Assembly (NCBI GenBank): GCA_964187785.1
Contig: OZ076409.1
Location: 13,208,001 to 13,272,000 of the forward strand
Source: Amphiscolops sp. MND2022
Taxonomy: Eukaryota
DNA: 64,000 bases
Direction of reading: 5' to 3'
Positions 39,301 to 48,429 of this stretch are shown here, one piece after another (position 1 is the stretch's first letter; every line of letters starts with the position of its first letter). Both the position numbers and the translations under genes were made by a program. The notes under the pieces were generated by a model that ran no database searches, was not told the origin of the DNA, and saw only the letters and a program-made list of their open reading frames with translations.

Positions 39301-42300
39301 TTGCGAGCGCTTTCAATTCTCCTCACAGATACTCCCAAAATTTTTCAGGTGACAGTCAAATTAATAAACTTAGCTGTTCAATTTGTTGTTCAGCTACAGC
39401 TAGTTAGCGCTTTTGTTCATTAGCGGAAGCGATCGCTGAATTACGCTTAGTAGTCAAACCACTGCTCACACCTGAAAAAAATAGTTTTCAATAGAAAAGC
39501 ACAAAATAGTTGAGATTATTATCACGTTTTTTTTTTTCTAGAAGAGAACTATCTTTGAATATACAAATGGCAAAGCCGATTTTTAAAGAAGCATCATACA
39601 TCTCGAATAGAGAAACTTTTTCTGAAAGACGATCCCTATAATAGACTAAAATCGTCAAATGTAACATTTGAATTCTTGTCTGAAAATTTAAAAAATGATA
39701 ATTGCGGATTTTAAAACCTGAAAACTTCTTGTTTGTCATCATTTCTTGAATATTACAGTGGATCCCGGATATAAGAAACTCACTTATAAGAAACACCCGC
39801 TTATATATAATAAATGCTTGTCTTTGTCCCGGCTGCCAATTTAATTCATTATTAAACCCGCATATAAGAAAGTTCGATTATAAGAAACACCAATAGTCGT
39901 TCCCCTGACGTTGATTATATCCGGGATCCACTGTATTTGATTTTGAGATTTGATCATGATGTTTCTTTAATAATCACCACAGTAGAGCACTAAAATGCAT
40001 GGTTGTAGCAATGGCGTCGTTCTTTTGTCTCAACAAAGTAGAAAACGTTTTTTTGACATCTGAAATTTCATCAATTTTTCAACTTCCAGGATTCAAGCAC
40101 TGTGTGTCTCTCTGTATCTATCCCTAAATGTCTTAAGTTTTCTGCACGCTTCTATTTATTGACACTCCTGCACGCTTTTTGTTGTGTCTTTGTGGTCTTT
40201 TATTGAATGCATGTCCGTAGTTTTTGTGTTGGGCGACAATTCGTCCCATTTGTAAAGAGCGAAAATTCGTCCCAAATTGTTTAATTGATCAGCTAATTAA
40301 CAACCTTTTGAAGATTGAAATTTAAAGAATTGAATTAGTTCTAAAAGTAGTTATGATTGAGTATTGTATTTTACGTTCTAGTCTTGAAATACTGAAGAAT
40401 GTGAGAGAAGATTATCCAGTTTGCCAAAATGATGTCATATTAATTGGTGTTAATTGTTAATTGGTACATGCCTCTAAATGTAAGATTTACGGATTCATTC
40501 TTACACAAGTATAACTTAGCTATAATAACTTAGCTATAGGTATAACTTAGGTATAATTAAATTGGGGACGAATTGCAGCTTTTAATAACTGGGACGAATT
40601 GTCGCCTTTTCAAAATGGTACGAATTGACGCTTCGGACGAATTGTCGCTTTTTGCAATTTGGGACGAATTGTTGTTTGACGTATTTTTTGTGCATTCTTG
40701 TTTTGATTGAGTTCTGTGTTTGTCGCTTTCATCTCTTCAGAGACTTGTTTACTGGGTTGCTTGTCACAGCGTCTTGTAGGTGAAATGGGATTTTGATTAC
40801 TAAATCGGCGATAATGAAGCAATTATTTTTCATACTTTGTTGAAGTTTTTAACGCTTTTTAAAATTAGCACACTTATAATGTTTTCGCTCTTGTAGCTTT
40901 TGCAAATCGCGAAACATTCCATGAATTTAAACTTATACCTTATGTTTAGTTCTAGATTTTTGTTCCTCAAACCCCTTACGTAACAAACATCAACCTCGCC
41001 ATTATTGTTTTTTTATCTCCTACAGTCTCCGATCTTTTTTCACGGCCATTGTCTTTGTTTTCAAACTGTCCACAATTTTCCTCCCTTTTCTGCGCCGATA
41101 AGAAGATGAAAAGAAATGCCATGAGCATACTTGGTATGTTTAATGTAGGAGGCAAAAAGTATTTGCATGTCGCCATTGGTAACATTTGTATGGTAGAATT
41201 TATCGAGGAGGCGACTGTTTGAAGGCGGCCATTAATGATTGATTGGACTGGGACGCAATCTGTTTCCCTCCCCTGCGAGCTACCTGCGTAGGCTATGTTC
41301 ATTCAAGTGCCCTTTTCCGGCCATCCGTTCGGTCACGTGACGGGAACAGCACGTGACTTGTGACGTCATGTTTTCAAGATGCGAAAAGTAATAAGTTGAG
41401 TGCTTTGTTTTTCGCTCGCTAAACTGTTTTCCGCCGAATTTTCACACCCTTCATTTTTTCTCAATAGATGAAATTTGTTGTTTTCTCTCCGCATAACTAA
41501 TTTTAAGCAACGTTTTTTCAGTCTGTTAGCAAAAACAGAAGAAAATGCTTTTAATCATTGTTACAGCTCTCAATCATGCATAGAAAACGCACTTTTTTCA
41601 ATTAACGTGTCATTTTTCCGCTGTCTCGAGTTTTGTTTTCTGTGATTACATCGGTAGGAGTGCAAAAAACGATAAAATACGATCGGCTTTGAAGCTGACA
41701 AAAATGAAAGTCAATTCTAACGCTCAAATTAACGGAAGCTTGAGCGTTGTTGGTTTTCTGCTTCAGTGAATTGAATAATATTTGATCAAATTGATTAAAT
41801 TGGGGACTTAGAGATTCTTTGAAGTTATCAAAACATTGGAAAGTTTCCAAATTTTGCGCCTCAGAAATTAATTGTTTTCAGAAAAAGCTTGATATTTGAA
41901 TAATATTTTGAGAAAATGAACCGCGTTTTTGAGAATTACTGCGTTTGAAATTTTGAAATTATTTTTAGCTTCTTCCACGTTTTTTCATCAAAGAAAAAAT
42001 CCAAAATGTTTTTGATCTATTTTTAGTCGGTGCTTCATGAAGTGAAACGCGACTATACTAATGGCTTTTTTCAATCCACACGAACTGACCAAAATAGTTC
42101 TTAAAAGTTCTACAAAATTTTATGGTCCCAAATTGAATAATTTGGCGTAGCGAACTGAACCAAAAAGGTTTTTCCTCTTTTTCCGCGTAACATACAATAC
42201 CGGGCGAGACCGAAGTGTTCCCCTTCCAGTTTTTTCGGCATTGTGGAATTTTTTTGGATTTTTTTTCACCAAAGGGTCCCCATTCACTTTTTTCGGCATT

Positions 42301-44057
42301 GTGGGACTTTTTTCGGAAATTTTTAATGACTCCCTTCACGGTTCCCCCTTCATTTTTTTGATGTTTTGCGACAGAAATGTAGATTAGTAAGAAAGGCCCC
42401 CTTTCAGTTTATTTCGGCATTGTGAGACTTTTTTCCGAGAATATTAGACTTCAAAGGGTCCCCCTTCAATTTTCTTGATGTTTTGCGACAGAAATGTTGA
42501 AAAATCTCAAAGTGCCCCTTGGGCGCGCCAATTCGGTCCAACTTTTGGGTTTCTCGGGTGCTGTAGAAGAGAATACTTTGACACGTTGAAGTCCTTTTGC
42601 TATTTTTGAGCCTTAGATATGGCGCCGACTTATGCCAATCTCGGCTTGTTTGTTTTTCTTTCGTCGCAGGTTTCTCAACTTTAAAAGTGCATTTTCAAGT
42701 GATTATCATTTGGTTATTATCAAATCAATTAAAATAGATAACAGGAAAAAGGTTTAAAAAAATGAACACCCCTTAAAATAGTTCCAGGCTGTCCCGCAAT
42801 AGCTTGTTTTCAGTTACGGCTACGAAAATTGAAAAAAAACAACAGCAATGTAAAACGTTATTTGTTGTGCAAGTCTCTAATTACGTCATGAATTTTTGCA
42901 ATCACAGGTTACAATTCATACTTAACGGAAGCGGAAATCCATAAAGCACTTTGTGAATGCAACTGTTTTGCAATCATCATTGCCAGTTTTTATTACCGGT
43001 GCCCTGGAGTATGTTCATCCGGACTGCAAGTCTTTTTGGCCGGATAGAGCCCGGAATTATTTCCGTTCTGAGGAGTCACGAATACGGAGAAGCGCGGTCG
43101 CAGTGTGATGTTTGACTCATAGCCATTGCAAATCAGTTCAAGTGCAAGTAAATTGGAACCAATCAATTTCGTTCATGTCGAAGTCTTACCTAGTTTCCAC
43201 CGATGAACTATGACTAATCACTTGAAAATCTTGGCAAGTACCGGTAAATTGGAAGCAATCAATGCTGTTCTACCCATTTCAGAATCTTACTCAGTTTCCG
43301 CCCATGACTAATCACTTGAAATCTCGGCGACATTGTTTCGTCACTGCGATTTTGCTGCAAAAATATCTTTCTGTGGCTACTAATTAAAAAAATGATACAT
43401 CGTACAATTTACAAATAAAATTTTAGAGCGACTAAGGAAAATGTCAGATACATTGACGAGCTTACGCGTTTTTTTGACGAGCTTTTTTTATTCCTTTTTT
43501 TGTTTCGCATCCCATCTAATAAAGTAAACTAAAACCCATTTTTTATTGCATCTCCACATTCGAACTATCATTTCAATGCCTTTTTTCAAATGAAAAAGGT
43601 TAAACAGTTAAATGTTTTTCTCTCAACCACTAACGGATTGATCCAAAGTTGTTTTTGCTTCTAAATTTCTACACTTTCCTCTTCAAAAACATTGCAACCC
43701 ATGGTTAAGACGTCGTTTTTTTTGTTCCAGGTAGCGCACCGTTTGGCTAAAAACAGACAAAGTCCGACGCACAACTCGCCAAAGATGCACCTACAGCCGG
43801 GCGCCCCCGCTGTCTCGGGCCCTGGATCCCGCAGTAAATTGATGACGTCAGCAGGGCCCAGTGGAAGGTCCAAACAACAGCTGCCAGCTATTTCTGGATC
43901 TCAGGAATCCGGCAGCGGCGGCAGACTCAGTTCCACAGTTCCCTCGGAAGCTGAGTACATGGACCTGGAAGAAATTCCATACGAGGGCATCAGCCCAGAA
44001 TCCCCCGCCGCCATGGGTGCAATGGACGAGAATGAACAACTCAGTATTGATATTTGA
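5683..44057 (+). CDS. Multi-exon transmembrane semaphorin (Sema + PSI + TM + long cytoplasmic tail; class 1/6-like). Model: join(5683..6304,7975..8499,9272..9580,13586..13823,17179..17250,18304..18455,28917..29072,31063..31993,32821..33337,43731..44057), ~1282 aa; alternative last exons listed separately
   Basis: All junctions are GT-AG with matching phases (1,1,1,2,2,1,1,2,0); exons 1-9 sum to 3522 nt. Sema motifs SRIAKVCxxDxG...WTSFAKARLMCS, SAICAY, LYVGTNKGEILKL; PSI motif C...CRKCLQSGDPHCSW; one hydrophobic TM segment. Extra small exons in the 10 kb intron (18456-28916) cannot be excluded. Confidence 0.88.
6389..6719. mobile_element. hAT-like MITE
   Basis: TIR ctgtgatgatcatttttat / ataaaaatgatcatcactg; 8-bp TSD caattgac vs caaatgac (7/8). 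Confidence 0.7.
7327..7877. mobile_element. Possible piggyBac-like MITE (degenerate)
   Basis: Left end TTAA-ccctacttgacctgggcg; right end cgctaggttacttaggttca only loosely matches its reverse complement. Confidence 0.3.
7975..8499 (+). CDS. Semaphorin exon 2: Sema domain core
   Basis: ttgttccag|7975; FVTFREPAIE...FSRIAKVCIQDRG...YWTSFAKARLMCS...FNEIQ-like LNEIQ...FGLFDTP...SAICAYDM; donor A|GTTAGT at 8500. Confidence 0.93.
8538..8754. mobile_element. hAT-like MITE, 'cgctaa' family
   Basis: TIR cagagttttgacatcgctaat / attagccgtgtcaaaattctg; decayed 8-bp TSD atcgacaa/attgataa; relatives at ~9640-10190, 26303-26625 and 37555-38596. Confidence 0.75.
9024..9215 (+). mobile_element. Degenerate HINE-like family 2 copy
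   Basis: 5' ttattttccgccc...gagaaaggaaaat hairpin; decayed 3' end cgaaaaatatctcg...gtcttgtt. Confidence 0.55.
9272..9580 (+). CDS. Semaphorin exon 3: Sema domain
   Basis: ttttttccag|9272 in phase 1; ISEAFAG, RPSEC, YLQTYPLMKQVVKP (cf. RPG.C, F...HPLM...V.P); donor G|GTGAGT at 9581. Confidence 0.92.
10451..11554 (+). mobile_element. HINE-like family 1 copy with duplicated 5' end
   Basis: The 5' module tagtcggcgcttttcgaagaaaaacgcagactatagtagtgac occurs twice in tandem; 3' end gagccttagatatggcgccgacttgggccgttcctggcttgtt. Confidence 0.85.
11761..12073. mobile_element. MULE-like MITE with long TIRs
   Basis: ~100-bp imperfect TIRs (cataagagcaaataaca.../...tgttatttgctcttatg); exact 9-bp TSD ctgtaaaag (11752-11760, 12074-12082); G...C termini. 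Confidence 0.85.
13586..13823 (+). CDS. Semaphorin exon 4: end of Sema domain and start of PSI
   Basis: tttttatag|13586 gives G-TNKGEILKLVV; ends VVAMPKSRCAKTFDTCR; donor AG|GTTACA at 13824. Confidence 0.9.
14116..14812. mobile_element. Foldback/MULE-like element with arms built from ~15-bp tandem repeats
   Basis: Left arm (tcatttcacccca..)n, right arm (..tggggtgaaatga)n; GG...CC termini; exact 9-bp TSD cgggaaatt (14107-14115, 14813-14821). Confidence 0.9.
14927..15205 (+). mobile_element. HINE-like family 2 copy (short)
   Basis: 5' tactattttccgccc; 3' ggcggaaaatatcccggtgcatagcgggcgtcttgt; interior gttatatccgaa modules shared with 25000-25445. Confidence 0.8.
17179..17250 (+). CDS. Semaphorin exon 5 (72 bp): PSI domain
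   Basis: Not in the ORF track. ttttttccag|17179 reads KCLQSGDPHCSWDIFTSTCIDFTG (PSI C..C....DP.C.W......C); phases match both neighbours; donor GG|GTTGGT at 17251. Confidence 0.9.
17290..17676 (+). mobile_element. HINE-like family 1 copy with 22-bp tandem array
   Basis: Both termini present; about 6 copies of ttcaaagttcggatataacgtt. Confidence 0.88.
18304..18455 (+). CDS. Semaphorin exon 6: post-PSI extracellular segment
   Basis: tttgctttcag|18304 in phase 2; ESGTNVSF...EEWCEVIGG...RNNQ; donor G|GTAGGC at 18456. Confidence 0.8.
18549..19006 (-). mobile_element. HINE-like family 1 copy
   Basis: aacaagccggggacggcataagtcggcgccatatct...cgcgtttcacttcatgaagcgccgactaaa. Confidence 0.88.
19371..19770. 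mobile_element. Tc1/mariner-type MITE
   Basis: Perfect 28-bp TIR ctctgttgtgcttaataagagggggggt / accccccctcttattaagcacaacagag; TA on both flanks; internal agaggggggg repeats. Confidence 0.9.
24998..25860 (+). repeat. ~210-bp duplicated unit with gttatatccgaa modules, followed by a HINE family 1-like 3' end
   Basis: agatggtgcaaatatcattcgtacggtaaagaccac recurs at ~24998 and ~25208; ends ggcgccgagtttggccgttccccgcttgtt at 25860. Confidence 0.7.
26303..26625. mobile_element. hAT-like MITE, 'cgctaa' family
   Basis: TIR cagagctttgacatcgctaat / attagcggtgtcaaaactttg; exact 8-bp TSD acctgggg. Confidence 0.88.
27381..27959 (-). mobile_element. HINE-like family 1 copy
   Basis: aacaagccgggaacggcccaaatcggcgtcatatctaaggctc...accgactaa. 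Confidence 0.85.
28917..29072 (+). CDS. Semaphorin exon 7: Gly/Ser-rich stalk (symmetric phase 1-1, 156 bp)
   Basis: ttcaattgcag|28917; GC-richer open frame DGSSDPSETGGSGND...TTPA; donor G|GTTATT at 29073. Confidence 0.75.
29093..29110. repeat. Poly-C run (18 nt)
   Basis: Directly visible, 20 nt downstream of the exon 7 donor. Confidence 0.9.
29990..30170 (+). pseudogene. Possible Tc1/mariner transposase C-terminal remnant
   Basis: WWFLNVALEVSIYGREWMTVDELKSVVLERY loosely resembles W..L...VY......T..EL...I...W; no catalytic motif visible. Confidence 0.25.
30747..31052 (+). mobile_element. HINE-like family 1 copy ending ~10 nt before exon 8
   Basis: tttagtcggcgc...gagccttagatatagcgccggcttgagacgttcccgtcttgtt. 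Confidence 0.82.
31063..31993 (+). CDS. Semaphorin exon 8: transmembrane helix and proximal cytoplasmic tail
   Basis: gtatttcag|31063; TM LTITLVTGIPCIILGVLAGMGLLYCYALL followed by basic KANKHSK; Tyr/Pro/Asn/Gln-rich tail; donor TT|GTAAGT at 31994. Confidence 0.88.
32347..32797 (+). mobile_element. HINE-like family 1 copy ending ~23 nt before exon 9
   Basis: tttagtcgacgtttcataaagtg...gagccttggatatggcgccaacttatgccgttcccggcttgtt. Confidence 0.85.
32821..33337 (+). CDS. Semaphorin exon 9: cytoplasmic tail
   Basis: ggttctag|32821 in phase 2; 172-codon open frame with PLPPP, DPLYG, ENPLYG; donor CAG|GTTAGG at 33338 (phase 0). Confidence 0.82.
34975..35550. repeat. 32-bp CATG-rich minisatellite (~11 near-perfect copies at 35101-35468, degenerate flanks)
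   Basis: Unit atgttgatgcatgcatggtgcatgtccatgcc with period 32. Confidence 0.95.
35557..35709 (+). CDS. Candidate alternative last exon 10A (50 aa, Pro/Ser-rich)
   Basis: tttcag|cag NAGNAG acceptor in phase 0; GC-rich QSIHPVSPLPLSPMF...SPTPTPIQ*; AATAAA at 35973. Confidence 0.55.
   Translation, partial: QSIHPVSPLPLSPMFLRQVAPRKGRFYSSPRPNSMYQDSNIDSPTPTPIQ
35979..36942 (-). mobile_element. HINE-like family 2 copy with ~4 internal 175-200 bp tandem units
   Basis: aacaagacgcccgctgaccagcgggatattttccgccc...tattttcctttcccatatgaaatatgggcggaaaataa; caacattc anchors at ~36073, 36271, 36448 and 36622. Confidence 0.88.
37121..37290. mobile_element. Tc1/mariner (pogo-like) MITE, degenerate left end
   Basis: Right end ttataaacatcccctactg|TA; left end caggctagggggcttttataa; internal gtcgttata repeats. 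Confidence 0.55.
37577..38530 (-). mobile_element. HINE-like family 2 copy, near-identical to 35979-36942, inserted into a 'cgctaa' hAT MITE
   Basis: Same termini and internal units; flanks aaccgctaa|...|atcactgaaa rejoin the sequence seen at 8684-8706. Confidence 0.88.
38677..39036 (+). CDS. Candidate alternative last exon 10B (119 aa)
   Basis: cccacag|38677 in phase 0 (weak pyrimidine tract); NSSPYFVPASPTDPYMEK...DNQLYG...YWDPTTIHK*; composition similar to exon 9; AATAAA at 39363. Confidence 0.55.
   Translation, partial: NSSPYFVPASPTDPYMEKRFASSSVRFSDNQLYGASAPMHVNGEAMHANGAGTALSKGVNGSVGVISKGVGKHVSNDTPAVDGADNVPTARLRVPLNRQSNRMSCLRHTMYWDPTTIHK
39756..39933. mobile_element. Tc1/mariner (pogo/Tigger-like) MITE
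   Basis: Perfect TIR cagtggatcccggatataa / ttatatccgggatccactg; TA flanks; internal tataagaaa repeats. Confidence 0.9.
40226..40680. mobile_element. Foldback/MULE-like MITE
   Basis: Left arm (aattcgtccc)x2, right arm (ggacgaattg)x5; candidate 9-bp TSD gtagttttt/gtatttttt (8/9). Confidence 0.65.
42022..42650 (+). mobile_element. HINE-like family 1 copy
   Basis: tttagtcggtgcttcatgaagtgaaacgcgactat...ggcgccgacttatgccaatctcggcttgtt; repeated ttcggcattgtg/aagggtcccc modules. Confidence 0.88.
43145..43330. repeat. Two diverged ~95-bp tandem copies
   Basis: gtaaattggaa.caatcaat...tcttac..agtttcc...atgactaatcacttgaaa occurs twice. Confidence 0.7.
43731..44057 (+). CDS. Candidate last exon 10C (108 aa)
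   Basis: Strong acceptor tttttttgttccag|43731 in phase 0; GC-rich VAHRLAK...EAEYMDLEEIPYEG...LSIDI*. Confidence 0.75.
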   Translation, partial: VAHRLAKNRQSPTHNSPKMHLQPGAPAVSGPGSRSKLMTSAGPSGRSKQQLPAISGSQESGSGGRLSSTVPSEAEYMDLEEIPYEGISPESPAAMGAMDENEQLSIDI

Positions 44058-46389
44058 CAATGTTTTGTTATTTTGTTGTTAGCTTTATTATAATTATTAT
44101 TATGATGATCATTATCGATGTTTCTTTCGCCAGTCCTCTGTTAAGTTTCTACTTGTCGTAATTTTCCCAGCAATCTGCAAATTTAGAATTACTCTTTCAA
44201 TCGTTTTCAAATTGTCAGATTAACCCTAATAGTTCAAAAGCTCTGAGGAACAACAGATATAGAAAAATCGCTTTGGCTGAGAATGTAATTTATTATTTAC
44301 CGCTAAATGGGTAAGGAAATTACCCAGTTAGCTGCGTTTTTTTTTCACAAATTGCCATGTCCCAATTTTGTACCCATATTCAAAGAGTTCACACATTGAA
44401 TTGAACTGACATATCTTAGTTTCGTGCTATATGTGATTGTTAAAGTTTTTTGTTGTCGATTATTTTTAGCATGTTCGAGAATCCAAAAGCATTCAAGACA
44501 AACGGATCAGTTATCCAGGATATATTTTTTGAGAGGACATCCCAAAAATTTGGTTCAAAAAGTGTCCCAAAAAACCGCAGTATAAAAGTTTCGGAACTTC
44601 AACTATATTTTTTGCAATTTTCCGACAGTTTTTGTTGATTTTCGTGGGCTAGAAGATCCAAAAAAGTTCCAGGCCGGAAGAAGCAGAATTTGAAAATCCA
44701 CAGAAAACTGGAAGTTTTACAAATTTTTCGACTTTGTTGGGCGTTTTTGTGCACTTTCCTGGCAATTCGAAAAACTATCAACCAGAAAAATCAACGAAGA
44801 ACCAGTTACCTATCCAGTACGCTGCTAAAAAGACAAATGTGATGTTTTTGTTTTTAAAAAGCCTCACGCTTACCCCCAAAGAGCTAGAAAGTCGATAGTA
44901 TATATCTACAATATCTTTTTTGACTACTTCATGCTATATCTGTAAAATCTTCCATAATTTTGAGAGATTCAAACAGGTACAGATTTCGGAAACAAAACAA
45001 GCAAACATCTGGTTTATGACAAGAAATTCGTAGTTTATGCGTGATAAGGCACTAAGTCCCTTTGCCCATTTTCGAGGGTTGAGCAGCATCGTGATTTTTG
45101 AAAAGTTGCAAGCGCTGCAATATCTAAAGAATCCGACCTTGACACCAAAAATATCCAACATGCTTCCGAGAAAAAATTTCTGATGTTGTTAGTTCAAAGA
45201 ATGCAACGATGCTGTTTGAAAATCAAGTTTTTCGAATGTCTAAAGTTTCAACCAATATCTGTGCAAATTTTGAATTTATTCAAGGTTATCAAAACTTTTT
45301 TCAAAAACGAAAAAAAATCATTCAATAAGTTCTTTTTATAGAGCAACCAGCCAGCAGTTTATTATTAAAAAGGCCTTTCTTTGTACAAAACATCTAAACT
45401 CTTTCTTTACGTCTCATTTTTTGACACTTCGAAGAATTTTCAGTCCAATTCCGGACGTTTGATGGGTTTTGCCACTCACAGTGTTTCGAAAATTTAGTGG
45501 CACTTGGTGTACAAGTCCAAAGGAGTTTTGTTTAGTTTACAATGCCCAACGACGATCAAATCAACTACTCAATGCGTTTTGAAACGAACCTTGAAATTGT
45601 TTCCAGATATGGCCCTTTTCAAAAACAGCCGATTTTGGAATTGAGACAAAATAGCCGACCTTTTAAATGGGACCAAAAGGCCATTCAATTTGTTTCTCGT
45701 CAAGTAAGCCTTTTATTCAGAGATAATCTACAGTCTGTTGCGGCAAAATTGACAACATTTCACAAATCAAGTTTTATAAAAAAAAACAAGTGACTGAACT
45801 TCAGAGTTTTTCATACCAGCCGGAAGCTCTGATTTCCGGAGACTTAGATTCGCGTTCAATTTCGTTCAGTCTACAAGCCATGTTGTTGACCTCTTAAAAA
45901 ATTTTCAAAAAATGGTTTTTGTTCTGTTGGTAAAACCTAATAGAACTTTACAAATTGTTGTCAATTCTGCCGTAAACAGACTTCAAGTTGAGAGTGTCTC
46001 AAAGGTTCGGTTAAACACCCAAAAAAATTAACAGAAATTCAATCCATTCTATCTGTTCTCATAAATGTTTTATGACATATTTTGAAAAGCACATAGAGGT
46101 AAGCAACCAACCATCACCAAATGATACAAAGGAGACAAAACCGAGAAACCTTCAAACAAAACCCAAATTCAACAAGAAAGTACGATACAAAAGAAAAACA
46201 ACTTCTTTTTCTGCGTCCAACAAAACTGGATCCCCCAACACCCATACCCGGCAAAAACCGTGGAGTTCAACAACTGGTCACAGATCTGGTAGTAATGTAT
46301 TGAATAGTAAGAAACACGTGAAGGATCGATTTGATACAAAATCATACTAACAATTTTGCTTTTTTTGAGTTCAGGGTGCTTGCGAGACA

Positions 46390-47767
46390 ATGATGATAAA
46401 AAAATTGAAGTCGTATCCGGTGCCCGGCTCGAGCTTCCAAATTAGAGAGTTTGCACTTTACAGCGAACCTCAAGATAAATTATTTAATTTGGAGGTGTAA
46501 CGCAGGTTCAGCATTGTATATACGTCGAGAATACATCGGTATTTCGGAAACTCTTCTTCCAAATATAATTCTAGTTCGGACTTCAAACTCTTAGAAACTA
46601 GAAACAAATGATATTCCTTCGCCCGTTTTTCTTAAAGTTGTTCTTGAAAGCTTTGGTCTGGTTTGTACATTCGCAAAGGAAACAAATCGGAACCTACACA
46701 GTTCTGTTCTGTAAGGTTGTTTCAAGTAAAAAAGGTATTTTTCTAAGCCGTATGTGTGTTTGTGCAAAAAGTATGTTTTACAGAGAGTGTTCTCGATGAA
46801 AGATTTTCGCCAAAACTGAGTCCTAGCATCGTGCAATTGTGCTCTCAAAGGTCTCATCCAGTGTAGTTGTGACATCTCTGCTTGGATATTCAAAGACTGC
46901 TTTGCTTGTACACACGGTCTCAGAATTTTTCGTATCCCGTCATGCCATATGTTCAGTCTTTTACTGGATTTAATGCAGTTATAAAGAAGATTGGACTACT
47001 TATTTGGTGTTCAACTGAGTCTTTTCCAGAATCCAGTTTTTCTTTAAAAACTCATACAGGATTTCCAAAATCCACAGTTCCCTGAATAATATCGGTTTCG
47101 CTGTTCCTTTACGGACTTGCAGAACATTTTTTACAAACTTCCGATTGAAAAATTCTCGTTTTTCGAGAATTTTATATACTCAGATTTCGCAACCACAAGC
47201 AAGTGTAGGTATGATCAACGAGTCGAATAAATGCTGTTTACGTACCAGGGATAAGTTTTTGCCCGCAGTTTCAGAGTTGATTCTGAAACCACTTTTTTGT
47301 CACACTGTTGGAAAGTGTTGTTTTACTTGAAAACGATACACAAGTAACAGAAAAAATTGAGGTATTCAATAACATGACCGTCTGTATACATTGACAGTGC
47401 TTCGCGGACTTCACAACGGTGAATACGTTAATATGTGTTTAGTTTTTGCAAAAAACATTCGCAAATTCAAGACTCTATAGTATTCAGACACAGTCAGCAG
47501 CGTTTTCTGCATATCTCTTTCACTCTCAATTAGTTTTAATGTTTAGTCAGACTATAGAAACAAGAAGGTGGTTCAAAAGAATTCTAGTTGGTTGTTCACC
47601 AATTTTGTCCTCGACAAACTTTTCCATTCAAGTTAGATTGTTAGTTTTCCCTGAAAAAATTTTCGAAAGCAGTGTTCAAAATAGTGAGGGGTTACAGTGA
47701 TAAAATGTCTCCTTGTCTGACACTCACATTGCAATAATGTCAGAACGTTTGTCACTGACCCTAACGC
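46390..47767 (-). mobile_element. Decayed non-LTR retrotransposon (LINE), 3' part of RT and C-terminus
   Basis: Minus strand, in the expected order: NVSVRQGDILS, RYAEN (YADD position), PTLACGCEI, YGLEKYL...RTELCRFR, EYHLFLV; multiple stops. Confidence 0.8.
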
Positions 47768-47979
47768 TGTCACATGCCAATGTCACACCACCATCAAAAC
47801 GTGCAGCCACAGAGTTTTTGGCTGACAAACGCAGAAGTATTCCTAATACACTGCTTTCATGTTTATGTATTAATATATGTTCAATAGTGCTAGATTCATT
47901 ATAGATTCAAAGTTGGAACAAAACAGGTAAAATTTCGAAGCACATCACTCGTTTTAACATAAATTCAGTAATTTTAACG
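47768..47979 (+). repeat. 5' LTR
   Basis: Begins tgtcacatg, ends ttaacg; aligns with 53532-53746 (cacaccaccatcaa, caaacgcagaagtatt, gattcattatagat). Confidence 0.85.
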
Positions 47980-47999
47980 TGGCGCAGTACCGCAGGATT
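47980..47999 (+). promoter_or_regulatory. Primer-binding site, probably tRNA-Ser type
   Basis: tggcgcagtaccgcaggatt directly after the 5' LTR; resembles the complement of a tRNA-Ser 3' end (TGGCGCAGTCGGCAGGATT, recalled). Confidence 0.7.
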
Positions 48000-48429
48000 T
48001 AATTTTCAACCCTCAACCAACAATCACAACCGCATAAAACATCCTACAACGGTACATAGGAGACACCAAATTAAAGGTCAAGAAACTATACATACCAAAA
48101 AAAGGACCAAAAGAATCCTGCACTACATCAAAAGAAACTACAACGTCGAGATCAAACAAGTACTTTTGGGAGAAGCAGTACCCACCGGTGAAAAATCGGA
48201 TGAAAGAGAACCCGAAATCCGACAAGACATCATCTGGGGCGCCGGACTATCAGGCGCCTGACCATTAGATGATCAGAAAAGGAGAAATCAACACGGATCA
48301 GAAAATATCGAAAACGACAAGTTATTACAATTGCGGTGTTACAATATGCCCACGAAAATAACATACCACAGCTGTGAAGATTTCTTCTGAACGAAGCAAG
48401 AAGAAGACGAAACACCAGAGGAACGAAGG

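Noticed and set aside
44200..46390. Short ORFs downstream of the semaphorin gene
   Set aside because: No recognisable motifs or consistent splice structure; probably decayed repeat sequence.
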